Positions 1 to 7,780 of a stretch of 64,000 bases of DNA are shown piece after piece. Every line of letters begins with the position of its first letter. Position 1 is the first letter of the stretch. The stretch is from an uncultured bacterium (GTDB taxonomy: Bacteria; Patescibacteriota; Minisyncoccia; Phycocordibacterales; UBA6065). Both the position numbers and the translations under genes were made by a program. The stretch spans positions 298,076 through 362,075 of the forward strand of contig CBIMES010000001.1 in NCBI GenBank assembly GCA_966243015.1, in the 5' to 3' direction. The notes under the pieces were generated by a model. That model saw only the letters and a program-made list of their open reading frames with translations, was not told the origin of the DNA and searched no databases.

Positions 1-826
1 ACCCCTCCTCTCTCGCACCGCCATTCTTCAACCTGTTAAACCCAAGCAACCCGAAAGTCATAAGAAACACACCAAGGGTGAAGGCGAGATCCCCGTAGTC
101 GCCGTTGTAGGACGTTCCCGCGGTGGTCGTGTAGGAGAAGATCGAGTCCGCCACGAACATGACAGCGAGGCCCGCGAGGATGCTGAAGATATCCAGTCGG
201 TAGCCGCCGGAAAGGTATCGAAACGAGAGGCCCGACACGATGATCGAGACCGACAGCGCCACGAAGTCGCCGAGCGGGTACGCAAGGTCGAGGACGTTCT
301 TGAGCACTGTGTTGCCCTCGGGGAAGAACTGGCCGTCGCGGCCGATGACAATGAGGAAATAGTACGTCACGAGCAGCACGACGACCGGGGCAATGACCGC
401 CAGAAACTTGCCGAAGGCCTTCTTGAGGCCCATGTCAGCGCCCGTAGTCTTGGCGAGGTAGATGGCGCCCAGCGCATAGAAGAACACGCTCGGGGCAAAG
501 AACAGGTCTGCCACCGACGGGTATGGCGCCTCGACGCCGACGAAGAAGTTGTAGTAAGCCCAGACGCTCTCGCCGATGCCCCACGCCACGAGACCGATGC
601 CCATGAAAACCACGGCCTTGCCGATGGCGTTGCCCGTGCCGCCCCAGAGGGGCGCGCCCCTGACGAGCGAGAGGGTGCCGCCGACGAGAGGGATGAGACC
701 GTAGAGGAAGACAAAGAGATAGTTATAAAAGCCTTCCGTAGTGCCCGAGGCGAACAGAACTGCCCAGAACGCGATGAGGGCGAGAAAGAATGCAAAGCAT
801 ACTTTCTGGTGAACGTTGAAGGTCAT
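1..826 (-). CDS. Polytopic membrane protein, partial (3' end runs off window edge); not in ORF track because it lacks an in-window stop
   Basis: Manual translation of the minus strand from ATG at 826 gives MTFNVHQKVCFAFFLALIAFWAVLF...GVFLMTFGLLGFNRLKNGGAREEG with no stop to position 1. It has multiple hydrophobic helices and GC3-rich codons. Confidence 0.6.
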   Translation of the reverse strand, partial: MTFNVHQKVCFAFFLALIAFWAVLFASGTTEGFYNYLFVFLYGLIPLVGGTLSLVRGAPLWGGTGNAIGKAVVFMGIGLVAWGIGESVWAYYNFFVGVEAPYPSVADLFFAPSVFFYALGAIYLAKTTGADMGLKKAFGKFLAVIAPVVVLLVTYYFLIVIGRDGQFFPEGNTVLKNVLDLAYPLGDFVALSVSIIVSGLSFRYLSGGYRLDIFSILAGLAVMFVADSIFSYTTTAGTSYNGDYGDLAFTLGVFLMTFGLLGFNRLKNGGAREEG

Positions 827-884
827 GTGATTGTGTGTCTATGTAAAGCATTATACGGCCTGTGTCTTTGGGGTCACAAGGCGG

Positions 885-912
885 GTAGGTGGATAAAAGC
901 CCCGCCACCTTG
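885..912 (-). terminator. Hairpin followed by a T-run on the minus strand, downstream of the 935..1438 gene
   Basis: gccccgcc...ggcggggc stem; the minus-strand reading continues with ttttatcc. Confidence 0.3.
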
Positions 913-934
913 TCAGTGACGGGGCCGAGTAACC

Positions 935-1438
935 CTAGCGTTCGACGGGTGTTGCGATTACGCTCGCGTAAAGAGACGCAATCTCATCGGCAACGAGAGC
1001 CACGCTGTCCGCGGACAGCTTTGCCGCCACGGCGTGGACAAAGGCCTTGCCCGACAGGGCAGGCCTGCCAGAAAGCGGCGCGGACGGTCCGAGATCGGCT
1101 ACAAACAGGTCGTGGCCAAACTCAAGCTCGAGCGCCGGGGCGTGTTCGAGGGGCCAGTCCATGACCGGCCACCTGCCCTCGGAGACCAGTTGGCGGACAA
1201 GCGCCATAGACACGACCTGTCTCGACCCGTCGCAGCCTGTCGCCGCCACGAATCCGGGATTCGTGGCGAGGGACTCGGCCGCGCTCTTCGAGACCGATAT
1301 CTTCCCCCGCTCGCCCGGGGCAAGCGGCCGATTGACGTAGCTCGTGACGACGACGAAGTTACCCTTTGCCCTGCTGAGCTCTTGGGCAACCGCGTTCGCG
1401 AGGCCATCCCCGCCGACGATGATAAGAAGCTTCCCCAT
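935..1438 (-). CDS. Hypothetical Rossmann-like protein (MGKLLIIVGGDGLANAV... N-terminus)
   Basis: ORF 935..1636 trimmed to the internal ATG at 1438 (MGKLLIIVGGDG). Glycine-rich N-terminal beta-alpha motif. No family confidently recognised. Confidence 0.5.
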   Translation of the reverse strand: MGKLLIIVGGDGLANAVAQELSRAKGNFVVVTSYVNRPLAPGERGKISVSKSAAESLATNPGFVAATGCDGSRQVVSMALVRQLVSEGRWPVMDWPLEHAPALELEFGHDLFVADLGPSAPLSGRPALSGKAFVHAVAAKLSADSVALVADEIASLYASVIATPVER

Positions 1439-1570
1439 GGTACCCTTTCTGCCGCGCCGCACGAAGCGGCGCGGCCCGTGTGTTACTGTGCGTGGTTTAT
1501 GCGAAGAACAAGTTCCTCTATCCAAAAGCTTATAAAAAGAGAGTAAAGATAAAGTAAAGAAATAATAAAA

Positions 1571-1592
1571 AGGCACCTTCGAAAAGGTGCCT
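1571..1592 (-). terminator. Rho-independent terminator candidate (aggcaccttcgaaaaggtgcct) with an A-run upstream, giving a T-run on the minus strand
   Basis: Perfect 9-bp stem. Preceded by aataataaaa on plus, which reads as a U-tract after the hairpin on minus. Sits just downstream of minus gene 1612..1956. Confidence 0.4.
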
Positions 1593-1611
1593 GTGGTGCG
1601 ACGAACTTTTC

Positions 1612-1956
1612 TCAGGGAGAAAAGACCGTGGCGCACCAGACGATTCTGAGCGACGCGGTCGCCGATTCAAGCGGTATTCCCAGCTCTTCGGAGAAGATCT
1701 CGGCGTTTCCCTGTATGCAGGGTTCCGCGAGCTCTCGTTTCCTGAAGGAGCGGAGGATGCTTACCCTCGATGCAAGGCGCCGTGCGAACTCAAAGAGGTC
1801 GTTACGCAGGGCGAGAGCTTCGGAGGGCCCGAGATGGGCGTCGTCGACAATGGAATCGACCACGGCTTCACAGCTGAGGCGACCGGACATTGTCCGTCCG
1901 CCGACCGTGGCCGCGAGGCGCTGAAACGCCTCTGAGGAGACAGTGGCAAGGATCAT
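1612..1956 (-). CDS. Hypothetical protein
   Basis: 114-aa ORF with protein-like composition. The opposite-strand ORF is Arg/Ser-rich, as expected for antisense. Confidence 0.4.
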   Translation of the reverse strand: MILATVSSEAFQRLAATVGGRTMSGRLSCEAVVDSIVDDAHLGPSEALALRNDLFEFARRLASRVSILRSFRKRELAEPCIQGNAEIFSEELGIPLESATASLRIVWCATVFSP

Positions 1957-2010
1957 ATAATTTACCTTACTCTACCTACGATAGAGAATCGTGTCAATAA
2001 AGCATAAAAA

Positions 2011-2034
2011 AGGGGCGGCCTTGCGACCGCCCCT
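2011..2034 (-). terminator. Rho-independent terminator candidate (aggggcggccttgcgaccgcccct) preceded by aaaaa on plus
   Basis: GC stem with a T-run on the minus strand. Lies between minus genes 2050..2499 and 1612..1956. Confidence 0.45.
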
Positions 2035-2049
2035 TGACGCAGGGACCTC

Positions 2050-2499
2050 TCAGCTGGACTTGGTCCGTGGGTTTGGGAACATGACCTTCATGGCGGCCCA
2101 GTAAGCCTCAGTGAGAAGCTCTCTGATTTGCTCCATGTCAGCCTCTTCGCTCACCAGCCCGCTTATCGTGCCAGGATCGATTCTCATTCCCGATTCTCGG
2201 GCACTCATAGCAGCCCCGAAGAACATGCACCTGAGGATGAAGACTTCCCTTTCCACGTCCGTGGTCTGGGCGCCCTCAGGCTCCTTCAGGCACATTCGAC
2301 TGCATACCGCGTCAATCTCGGGGTCCGAGACGCCCGCGGCGTAGTCACGGAACCACCTTCGCACCTCGGCGTGACCCTCGACCGTGCTCGCCAAGCGGCT
2401 GTAGGCCTGCCTGAGAAGCGTGATCTCGAGCTCCGTGGAAAGGAGCTTCGTCACCCCTGCTGCGACTGCGAATCCTTGTTCTAACTCTCTGGTGTGCAT
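2050..2499 (-). CDS. Hypothetical protein
   Basis: ORF 2050..2538; start trimmed to the ATG at 2499 (MHTRELEQGF...). Confidence 0.45.
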   Translation of the reverse strand: MHTRELEQGFAVAAGVTKLLSTELEITLLRQAYSRLASTVEGHAEVRRWFRDYAAGVSDPEIDAVCSRMCLKEPEGAQTTDVEREVFILRCMFFGAAMSARESGMRIDPGTISGLVSEEADMEQIRELLTEAYWAAMKVMFPNPRTKSS

Positions 2500-2566
2500 T
2501 CGGTTCCGCCGGGGAAACTGGTCCGGCGGAAAGTGCATATTATCACGAAAATAGCAAAAGTCAATA

Positions 2567-3103
2567 TTAGACCCGCGGCCCGACGGGATCCTTTATTAGC
2601 TCCGTCTCAGTAAAGATTGCGCCGCTCTTCATGCGGAACCTCTCTTCGGTAAAGGTCTTCCCTGTCTCCCGAAAGCCCAGCTTCTTGTAAAAGGCAATCG
2701 CCCTGGCGTTATAGTTCACCACGTGGACAATCGTCGGCTTGAGTGGGTCAAGATTTTCCCTCGCCGCCTCCCAGAGCGCCTTGGCCACACCCCTCCCCTG
2801 AAATTCCGGCAAGACGTACATGGCCTGAAGCTGATTGTGCTCGGGCCGGACGAAGACCCGACACAGGCCGACAGCCCTTCCGTCGATCTCCGCGACGAAA
2901 TACCAGCCGCCCTTTGAGCGAGTGTCGGCAATGCTCTTCTGAGACCTCTCGATGCTCGCGGGAGACTTCCTCTCGCCGAAATGCGCCTCGATGTCCTCGA
3001 GGGTTATGCCGTGCTCGGCGTTCGGGTACGTGGCGACCCAGGTGATATAGAAGATGTCGCTGAGCTGGGATGCATCTTCGGGTCGCGCTTCTCGGATGTT
3101 CAT
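2567..3103 (-). CDS. GNAT family N-acetyltransferase
   Basis: 178-aa protein with a GNAT core pattern (..VAEIDGRAVGLCRV..; QGRGVAKAL acetyl-CoA binding motif). Confidence 0.8.
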   Translation of the reverse strand: MNIREARPEDASQLSDIFYITWVATYPNAEHGITLEDIEAHFGERKSPASIERSQKSIADTRSKGGWYFVAEIDGRAVGLCRVFVRPEHNQLQAMYVLPEFQGRGVAKALWEAARENLDPLKPTIVHVVNYNARAIAFYKKLGFRETGKTFTEERFRMKSGAIFTETELIKDPVGPRV

Positions 3104-3112
3104 AGTTTTGAA

Positions 3113-4918
3113 TTATTTATAGTCCTCGGCCTGAAGCGCGAAGAGTCGGGCGTAGGTTCCCTTTCGGGCAATGAGCTCATCGTGCGATCCCAACTCTTCG
3201 ACGGCGCCGTCTTTGAACACGCAGATTCTGTCCGCCTTACGCACGGTTGAGAACTTGTGCGAGATGAGCACGACGGTCTGGCCGCCCGTGAGGGATTCTA
3301 TCTTCTCGAAGATGCGCATCTCGGCCTCTGCGTCGATTGCGGCAGTTGGCTCATCGAGAATCATGAGGCCCGCCTTGCGGTGGAAGAGTCGCGCAATGGC
3401 AAGGCGCTGCTTTTGGCCTTTTGACGGGTCAATACCGCCGTCGAACTCGACGCCGAGCATCTGGTCGTACTTGTCCTTCCATTCCAATATAAAGCTCTCG
3501 GAGTCGCTCGACTGCGCGGCCTCGACGACGCGCTCGAGGCTCATCGGTTCGCCTGATCTCCCGAGGGAAATCGCCTCTTTTACCGGGAAATTGTACGAGG
3601 CGTATTCCTGGAAGAGGACGCCGAGGTTCCTGTACCACTCGTCGAGGTCGATCTCCCTCAGATCAACCCCGTCCACGAGAATGCGGCCCTCGGTCGGGTC
3701 ATAGACGCGACAGAGCAATTTCACGAACGTCGTCTTGCCCGCGCCGTTCTCACCCACCAGGGCGAACTTCTCGCCAGGATTGAGGGTCAGGGATATGTTC
3801 CTGAGAATCATCTTTCCAGAGCCGGGATACGCGAAAGAGACGTTCTCGAAGGTGATGGTCGGGGTCTTGTTCTTGTTGATCGCGACAGGGTGCGCCGAGC
3901 GATACAGAGTATTCTCCGTATCCAAAATCTGGAAGAGGTTGTCCGCGTAGGTGCTGCGGTCCTGCTGATGCGAGAGCTGGTTCAGGAAGCCTATGAGCGC
4001 AGACTGGAAGCGATCCATGGACGAGAGCAGGAAGAGCATGGTTCCGACCTCAATCAGGCCAATGGATACGCGATAGACGATGAAGATGACGGTTCCGCCG
4101 ACAATCGCGCCCAAGATGAGTGTCGAGCCCGCCTCGAAGGCGAGCTTTTTCTTCTCGACGACCTTCTGCCTGTCGCCGAAAGTTCCCAGTATACGTGAAA
4201 TATGAGCAAAGAAGTGCCCCACGTTCTGGAAGAGCTTGAGCTCCACGAGCCACGTTCGACTGTTGAAGTACGATCTGATATCCTCGTAGCGTCTGCGCAC
4301 GGCCGTATCCGCGTCCCAGATGCCCCAGGCCTCCTTGCCGTACTTTATTTGGGTGATGAATCGCGGAATCACGGCAAGGGCAACCAAGAGGCATACGACC
4401 CAGTTGAAGCTCGCGAGGATGACCATGGCCGTAACGACCTGGGTAAGATCCCTCAGGATGTTGAACTGGATCTCCGACATGTTCACGATCGGCCACACGT
4501 CCCGATCCTCGGCCTTGTTTATCAAGTCCTGGAAGGCTGGGTTCTCGAACTGTTGAATGTCCATCGACGCCTTCTTCTTGAGATAGAGGAGCTGGAACGC
4601 CTTACCCAGGTCGATGTAGTTTCGCTTCTCGAAGTACTCTCGCAGGCTCGACACGATGTCGGGCAGGAAGAGCGTCAGGGCAAATGCTCCGGCGAGCAGA
4701 AGAATCAGGCGCGGCGCATAGTCGCCCGCCACGAGCGAATTCACGAGCGCGGCAGAGATGCCCGACTGCGCAAAGGGGAAAAGCGCCAGGAGAATCGACG
4801 TTGTGACCATGCCGATGACGACAGGCTTGTCATGCTCCCAGGCGAACAGGGCGACCCTCCAGCTCGTCACGAGAACCTTCTTGAAGGAGGCGTATTTTGA
4901 GGTGGTTGTGGTGCTCAT
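3113..4918 (-). CDS. ABC transporter, fused permease/ATP-binding protein (type I exporter)
   Basis: 601 aa with an N-terminal 6-TM domain. Walker A GENGAGKTT, ABC signature LSKGQKQRLAIAR, Walker B LMILDEPTAAID. Confidence 0.85.
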   Translation of the reverse strand: MSTTTTSKYASFKKVLVTSWRVALFAWEHDKPVVIGMVTTSILLALFPFAQSGISAALVNSLVAGDYAPRLILLLAGAFALTLFLPDIVSSLREYFEKRNYIDLGKAFQLLYLKKKASMDIQQFENPAFQDLINKAEDRDVWPIVNMSEIQFNILRDLTQVVTAMVILASFNWVVCLLVALAVIPRFITQIKYGKEAWGIWDADTAVRRRYEDIRSYFNSRTWLVELKLFQNVGHFFAHISRILGTFGDRQKVVEKKKLAFEAGSTLILGAIVGGTVIFIVYRVSIGLIEVGTMLFLLSSMDRFQSALIGFLNQLSHQQDRSTYADNLFQILDTENTLYRSAHPVAINKNKTPTITFENVSFAYPGSGKMILRNISLTLNPGEKFALVGENGAGKTTFVKLLCRVYDPTEGRILVDGVDLREIDLDEWYRNLGVLFQEYASYNFPVKEAISLGRSGEPMSLERVVEAAQSSDSESFILEWKDKYDQMLGVEFDGGIDPSKGQKQRLAIARLFHRKAGLMILDEPTAAIDAEAEMRIFEKIESLTGGQTVVLISHKFSTVRKADRICVFKDGAVEELGSHDELIARKGTYARLFALQAEDYK

Positions 4919-5010
4919 AGAGGCAGTTTGTTTGGTGCCCTTAAGTATACGCTGGACTTTCCATTCTGGACAATTGATGTTTAAATTGCGGTCACGCCGA
5001 CCACACTCCC

Positions 5011-6015
5011 ATGAAAAAGAAGCGCCCCAATCCCCTCCTCCCGAAAATGCTCCGTAAAATCGCCCCGCGCATCGGTGCGAAGGTTACGATCGAGCCTGAA
5101 TGGGGCGTCGTGGGCCAGATAACCTTCAAGAGTGGGAAGAAAAGCTATTTCAGATACTCGACCCTCGACCTCAACCCCGTCGGCTCGTCAGATATCGCCA
5201 AGGACAAGGACTATGCCAACTTCTTCATGAAAAAGCTCGGGTACCCTACCGTTCCCGGCAAGGCGTTCTATTCGCCCGACTGGGCACGGGCAATCGGCTC
5301 ACACCAGTCCACGAAGCCCGCGGCGACATACGCACAGAAACTCGGCTTCCCCGTCATCATCAAACCGAACAGTGGCAGCCAGGGGTCAGGAGTGCGCCTG
5401 GTACACAACAAGAAGGAATTCTTCTCGGGACTCCGTGACATATTCAGGAAAGACCGCGTCGCCCTCGTGCAGACGCCCGTTCGAGGCAAGGACTATCGCA
5501 TCGTGGTACTCGATGACAAAGTGATATCAGCATACGAGCGCGTGCCGCTGAGCGTCATGGGCGACGACAGGACAACGATCCTCGGCCTCCTCAAGAGGAA
5601 ACAGGCATCGTTCGTCGCATCGAGCAGGGACACCGTACTTAACATACGCGACAGGCGCATCGCCGCGAAGCTCAAGCGGGCCGGACTAACCGTGAAATCA
5701 ATTCCGGCCAAGGGCGAGCAGATCTTCCTGCTCGACAACGCGAACCTCTCTACGGGTGGCGACTCAATCGACGTCACGAAAGTGATTCACCCCGAATTCA
5801 GGGACATCGCCGTGCGCCTGACCAGAGACATGGGCCTACGTATCTGCGGCGTCGATCTCATGGTATCGGGCGATATCTCGGAAAAGCCCGTCACGTACTG
5901 GGTGCTCGAAATAAACGCGGCACCAGGCCTCGACCATTACGCAAAATCAGGAAAGGCCCAAGAGAAGATCGTAGAGGAGTTGTACCTGGAGGTTTTGAGG
6001 AGTTTGAATAAATAA
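5011..6015 (+). CDS. Stand-alone ATP-grasp ligase related to the cyanophycin synthetase (CphA) ATP-grasp domain
   Basis: KDYRIVVLDDKVISAYERVP, DNANLSTGGDSIDVTKVIHPEF and LEINAAPG closely parallel the CphA ATP-grasp motifs KGNDYRVLVV, RATANLSTGGTAIDRTDDIHPEN and EVNAAPG. There is no Mur-ligase domain. Confidence 0.75.
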   Translation: MKKKRPNPLLPKMLRKIAPRIGAKVTIEPEWGVVGQITFKSGKKSYFRYSTLDLNPVGSSDIAKDKDYANFFMKKLGYPTVPGKAFYSPDWARAIGSHQSTKPAATYAQKLGFPVIIKPNSGSQGSGVRLVHNKKEFFSGLRDIFRKDRVALVQTPVRGKDYRIVVLDDKVISAYERVPLSVMGDDRTTILGLLKRKQASFVASSRDTVLNIRDRRIAAKLKRAGLTVKSIPAKGEQIFLLDNANLSTGGDSIDVTKVIHPEFRDIAVRLTRDMGLRICGVDLMVSGDISEKPVTYWVLEINAAPGLDHYAKSGKAQEKIVEELYLEVLRSLNK

Positions 6016-6146
6016 GAACACGACCTTGGAAGAGATGAGGACCTTGATTCGGCCCATAAAAGCTAGCGTGGAACCACCTTCGAGCGAAACACTTCCCCGG
6101 CTCTAAACGGTTATACTACGACGCACAGAAGTCCGAGCTGACAAAA

Positions 6147-6171
6147 AATCGGCCCAACTAGTGGGCCGATT
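6147..6171 (-). terminator. Terminator hairpin (aatcggcccaactagtgggccgatt) flanked by an A-run and TTT; bidirectional candidate
   Basis: 8-9 bp GC stem. The a6 run before it gives a U-tract on minus, immediately after the small minus ORF that ends at 6182. Confidence 0.4.
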
Positions 6172-6181
6172 TGAAACGAGC

Positions 6182-6385
6182 TTAAGAGCGAGCAATCAAG
6201 ACACAAGCCACAAAAACAAGAATCGCTAATGCATCAATCAGGACGAGGAAGCGAATAAGCCTCTTCCCCTCCGAAGATTGATAAAAGGCAATCTTGTCTT
6301 CCGCATATTTCTTGAATCCGCCCGGATAATTTTGAGCAACGACGAGCTCAAGCCGCATCGTTGCAAGAGCCATATTGGTTATCAT
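6182..6385 (-). CDS. Small tail-anchored membrane protein (67 aa), hypothetical
   Basis: ORF with a C-terminal TM helix (LIRFLVLIDALAILVFVACVLIA) and a terminator directly downstream. Lies in the transition zone to the low-GC island. Confidence 0.35.
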   Translation of the reverse strand: MITNMALATMRLELVVAQNYPGGFKKYAEDKIAFYQSSEGKRLIRFLVLIDALAILVFVACVLIARS

Positions 6386-6546
6386 GGTACAAAGAATTTA
6401 GCATCAAAATAACACTTAAAGTAAATAACGGCAACTCTTTGACATAATTATGAAAAATACGTAAGGTTATGCAGAATCAGTTCTTTCACATCGTAGGATA
6501 GGTATCCATACAATCAGGAAGAGCAACAAAACCCAATCCGTCCCCA

Positions 6547-7677
6547 GTGACGCCAATAACCATGAATCAGGAAATTATGTCATCGGAGCGGCTGAAAGCC
6601 TCTCTTGCTATTCCGGACCTAACGGATCCACGGAATGGAATTCACGCGATAAACATTATTATAGAAAAAATCGTGACTGCCATGAAAAAAGGCAATCCCG
6701 ATTCCTCTATTGAAGAAATCCGGGGGGATCCGAGAGTGTCGATCAAGGATAATTTCGACGACCTCTTGTTTCCAAAAGACAACGCGGGCCGATCCTCCCG
6801 ATACACTCGATACGTATCTGAAGACACTGTCCTCAGAACCCACATGTCATCCGCAGCGCCCTCATGGCTCAGAAAAAGATCAGCAGACCGAGCCCAAGAC
6901 ACAATCGCCATTTTTCCAGGGATGTGCTACCGCCGCGATGTTGTCGACAGGACGCATTGCGGAGAACCTCATCAAATGGATATATGGCGTATCAAAAGAG
7001 GAGGTCGGCGCTGTGACAGAAAGGCGTTGATAAAGACAATAGAAACAGTCCTTGGCGCCGTCGTTCCTCAGTTCCAATATCGAGCCAACGAAGTCAGACA
7101 CCCTTACACGATTAACGGCCTCGAGGTCGAGATTCTTGTAAATGATACGTGGCTTGAAATTCTAGAGTGCGGTGAAATACACCCAACCGTGCTCATGAAC
7201 GCAGGTCTTGATCCTGATGAATATTCAGGGCTCGCTCTGGGAATGGGTCTCGACAGACTGGTGATGGCCCTTAAGAGAATCGACGATATCAGAATCCTCA
7301 GGTCTCAAAACCCGAGAATTAAGAAACAGCTGATGAACCTTGAGCCATTTGTCGTCACGTCAAATCAACCAGCCGCAAAACGGGTTATCTCCTATTCAAC
7401 CTCTGTTAAAGAAACAGAGGAAGATACATGCGAGAAAATTCGAGACGGCCTTGGAAAAGATGCCGTCTTCCTGGAGCAGATAGAATACGCGGAAACCCCC
7501 TACGAGGAACTGCCGGAGAAAGCCCGCCTTAACCTCGGCATCAAGCCCGACCAAAAGAACGTGGTGGCCACGATCACGTTTCGATCAATAGACGGTTCCC
7601 TGGCCCGCCCCATGGTAAACAATTGGATAGAGACGCTCTACCCAAAACTCAACCAAGGCAGCAAAGGCTACATCTAA
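6547..7677 (+). CDS. Monomeric phenylalanyl-tRNA synthetase-like class II aaRS (PheS-type catalytic core plus C-terminal FDX-ACB-like domain, mitochondrial-type architecture)
   Basis: FDDLLFPKDN...VLRTHMSS...FPGMCYRRD...HQMD...WLEILECGEIHPTVLMNAGLDPDEYSGLALGMGLDRLVMAL matches the PheRS-alpha motif 2/3 region (RTHTS, PGRVYR.D, WLEVLGCGMVHPNVL..GIDPEVYSGFAFGMGMERL). The C-terminal ~100 aa (..NVVATITFRSIDGS..) resembles the ferredoxin-fold anticodon-binding domain. Low-GC gene. Confidence 0.7.
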   Translation: MTPITMNQEIMSSERLKASLAIPDLTDPRNGIHAINIIIEKIVTAMKKGNPDSSIEEIRGDPRVSIKDNFDDLLFPKDNAGRSSRYTRYVSEDTVLRTHMSSAAPSWLRKRSADRAQDTIAIFPGMCYRRDVVDRTHCGEPHQMDIWRIKRGGRRCDRKALIKTIETVLGAVVPQFQYRANEVRHPYTINGLEVEILVNDTWLEILECGEIHPTVLMNAGLDPDEYSGLALGMGLDRLVMALKRIDDIRILRSQNPRIKKQLMNLEPFVVTSNQPAAKRVISYSTSVKETEEDTCEKIRDGLGKDAVFLEQIEYAETPYEELPEKARLNLGIKPDQKNVVATITFRSIDGSLARPMVNNWIETLYPKLNQGSKGYI

Positions 7678-7691
7678 AACCCCTGGCAGCA

Positions 7692-7729
7692 AAGGGTCGC
7701 ACAGAATTATTCTGAGCGACCCTTTTTTA
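7692..7729 (+). terminator. Rho-independent terminator for the PheRS-like gene
   Basis: aagggtcgc...gcgaccctt stem followed by ttttttat. Confidence 0.55.
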
Positions 7730-7738
7730 TCATATGAA

Positions 7739-7761
7739 AGCCCCTCACTTTCATGAGGGGC
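7739..7761 (-). terminator. Terminator hairpin for the convergent minus-strand operon (after the LysRS-like gene)
   Basis: gcccctca cttt catgaggggc; the minus-strand reading continues with tttcatatgataaaaaa. Confidence 0.45.
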
Positions 7762-7780
7762 CGATTGATTTGCGAAAAAC

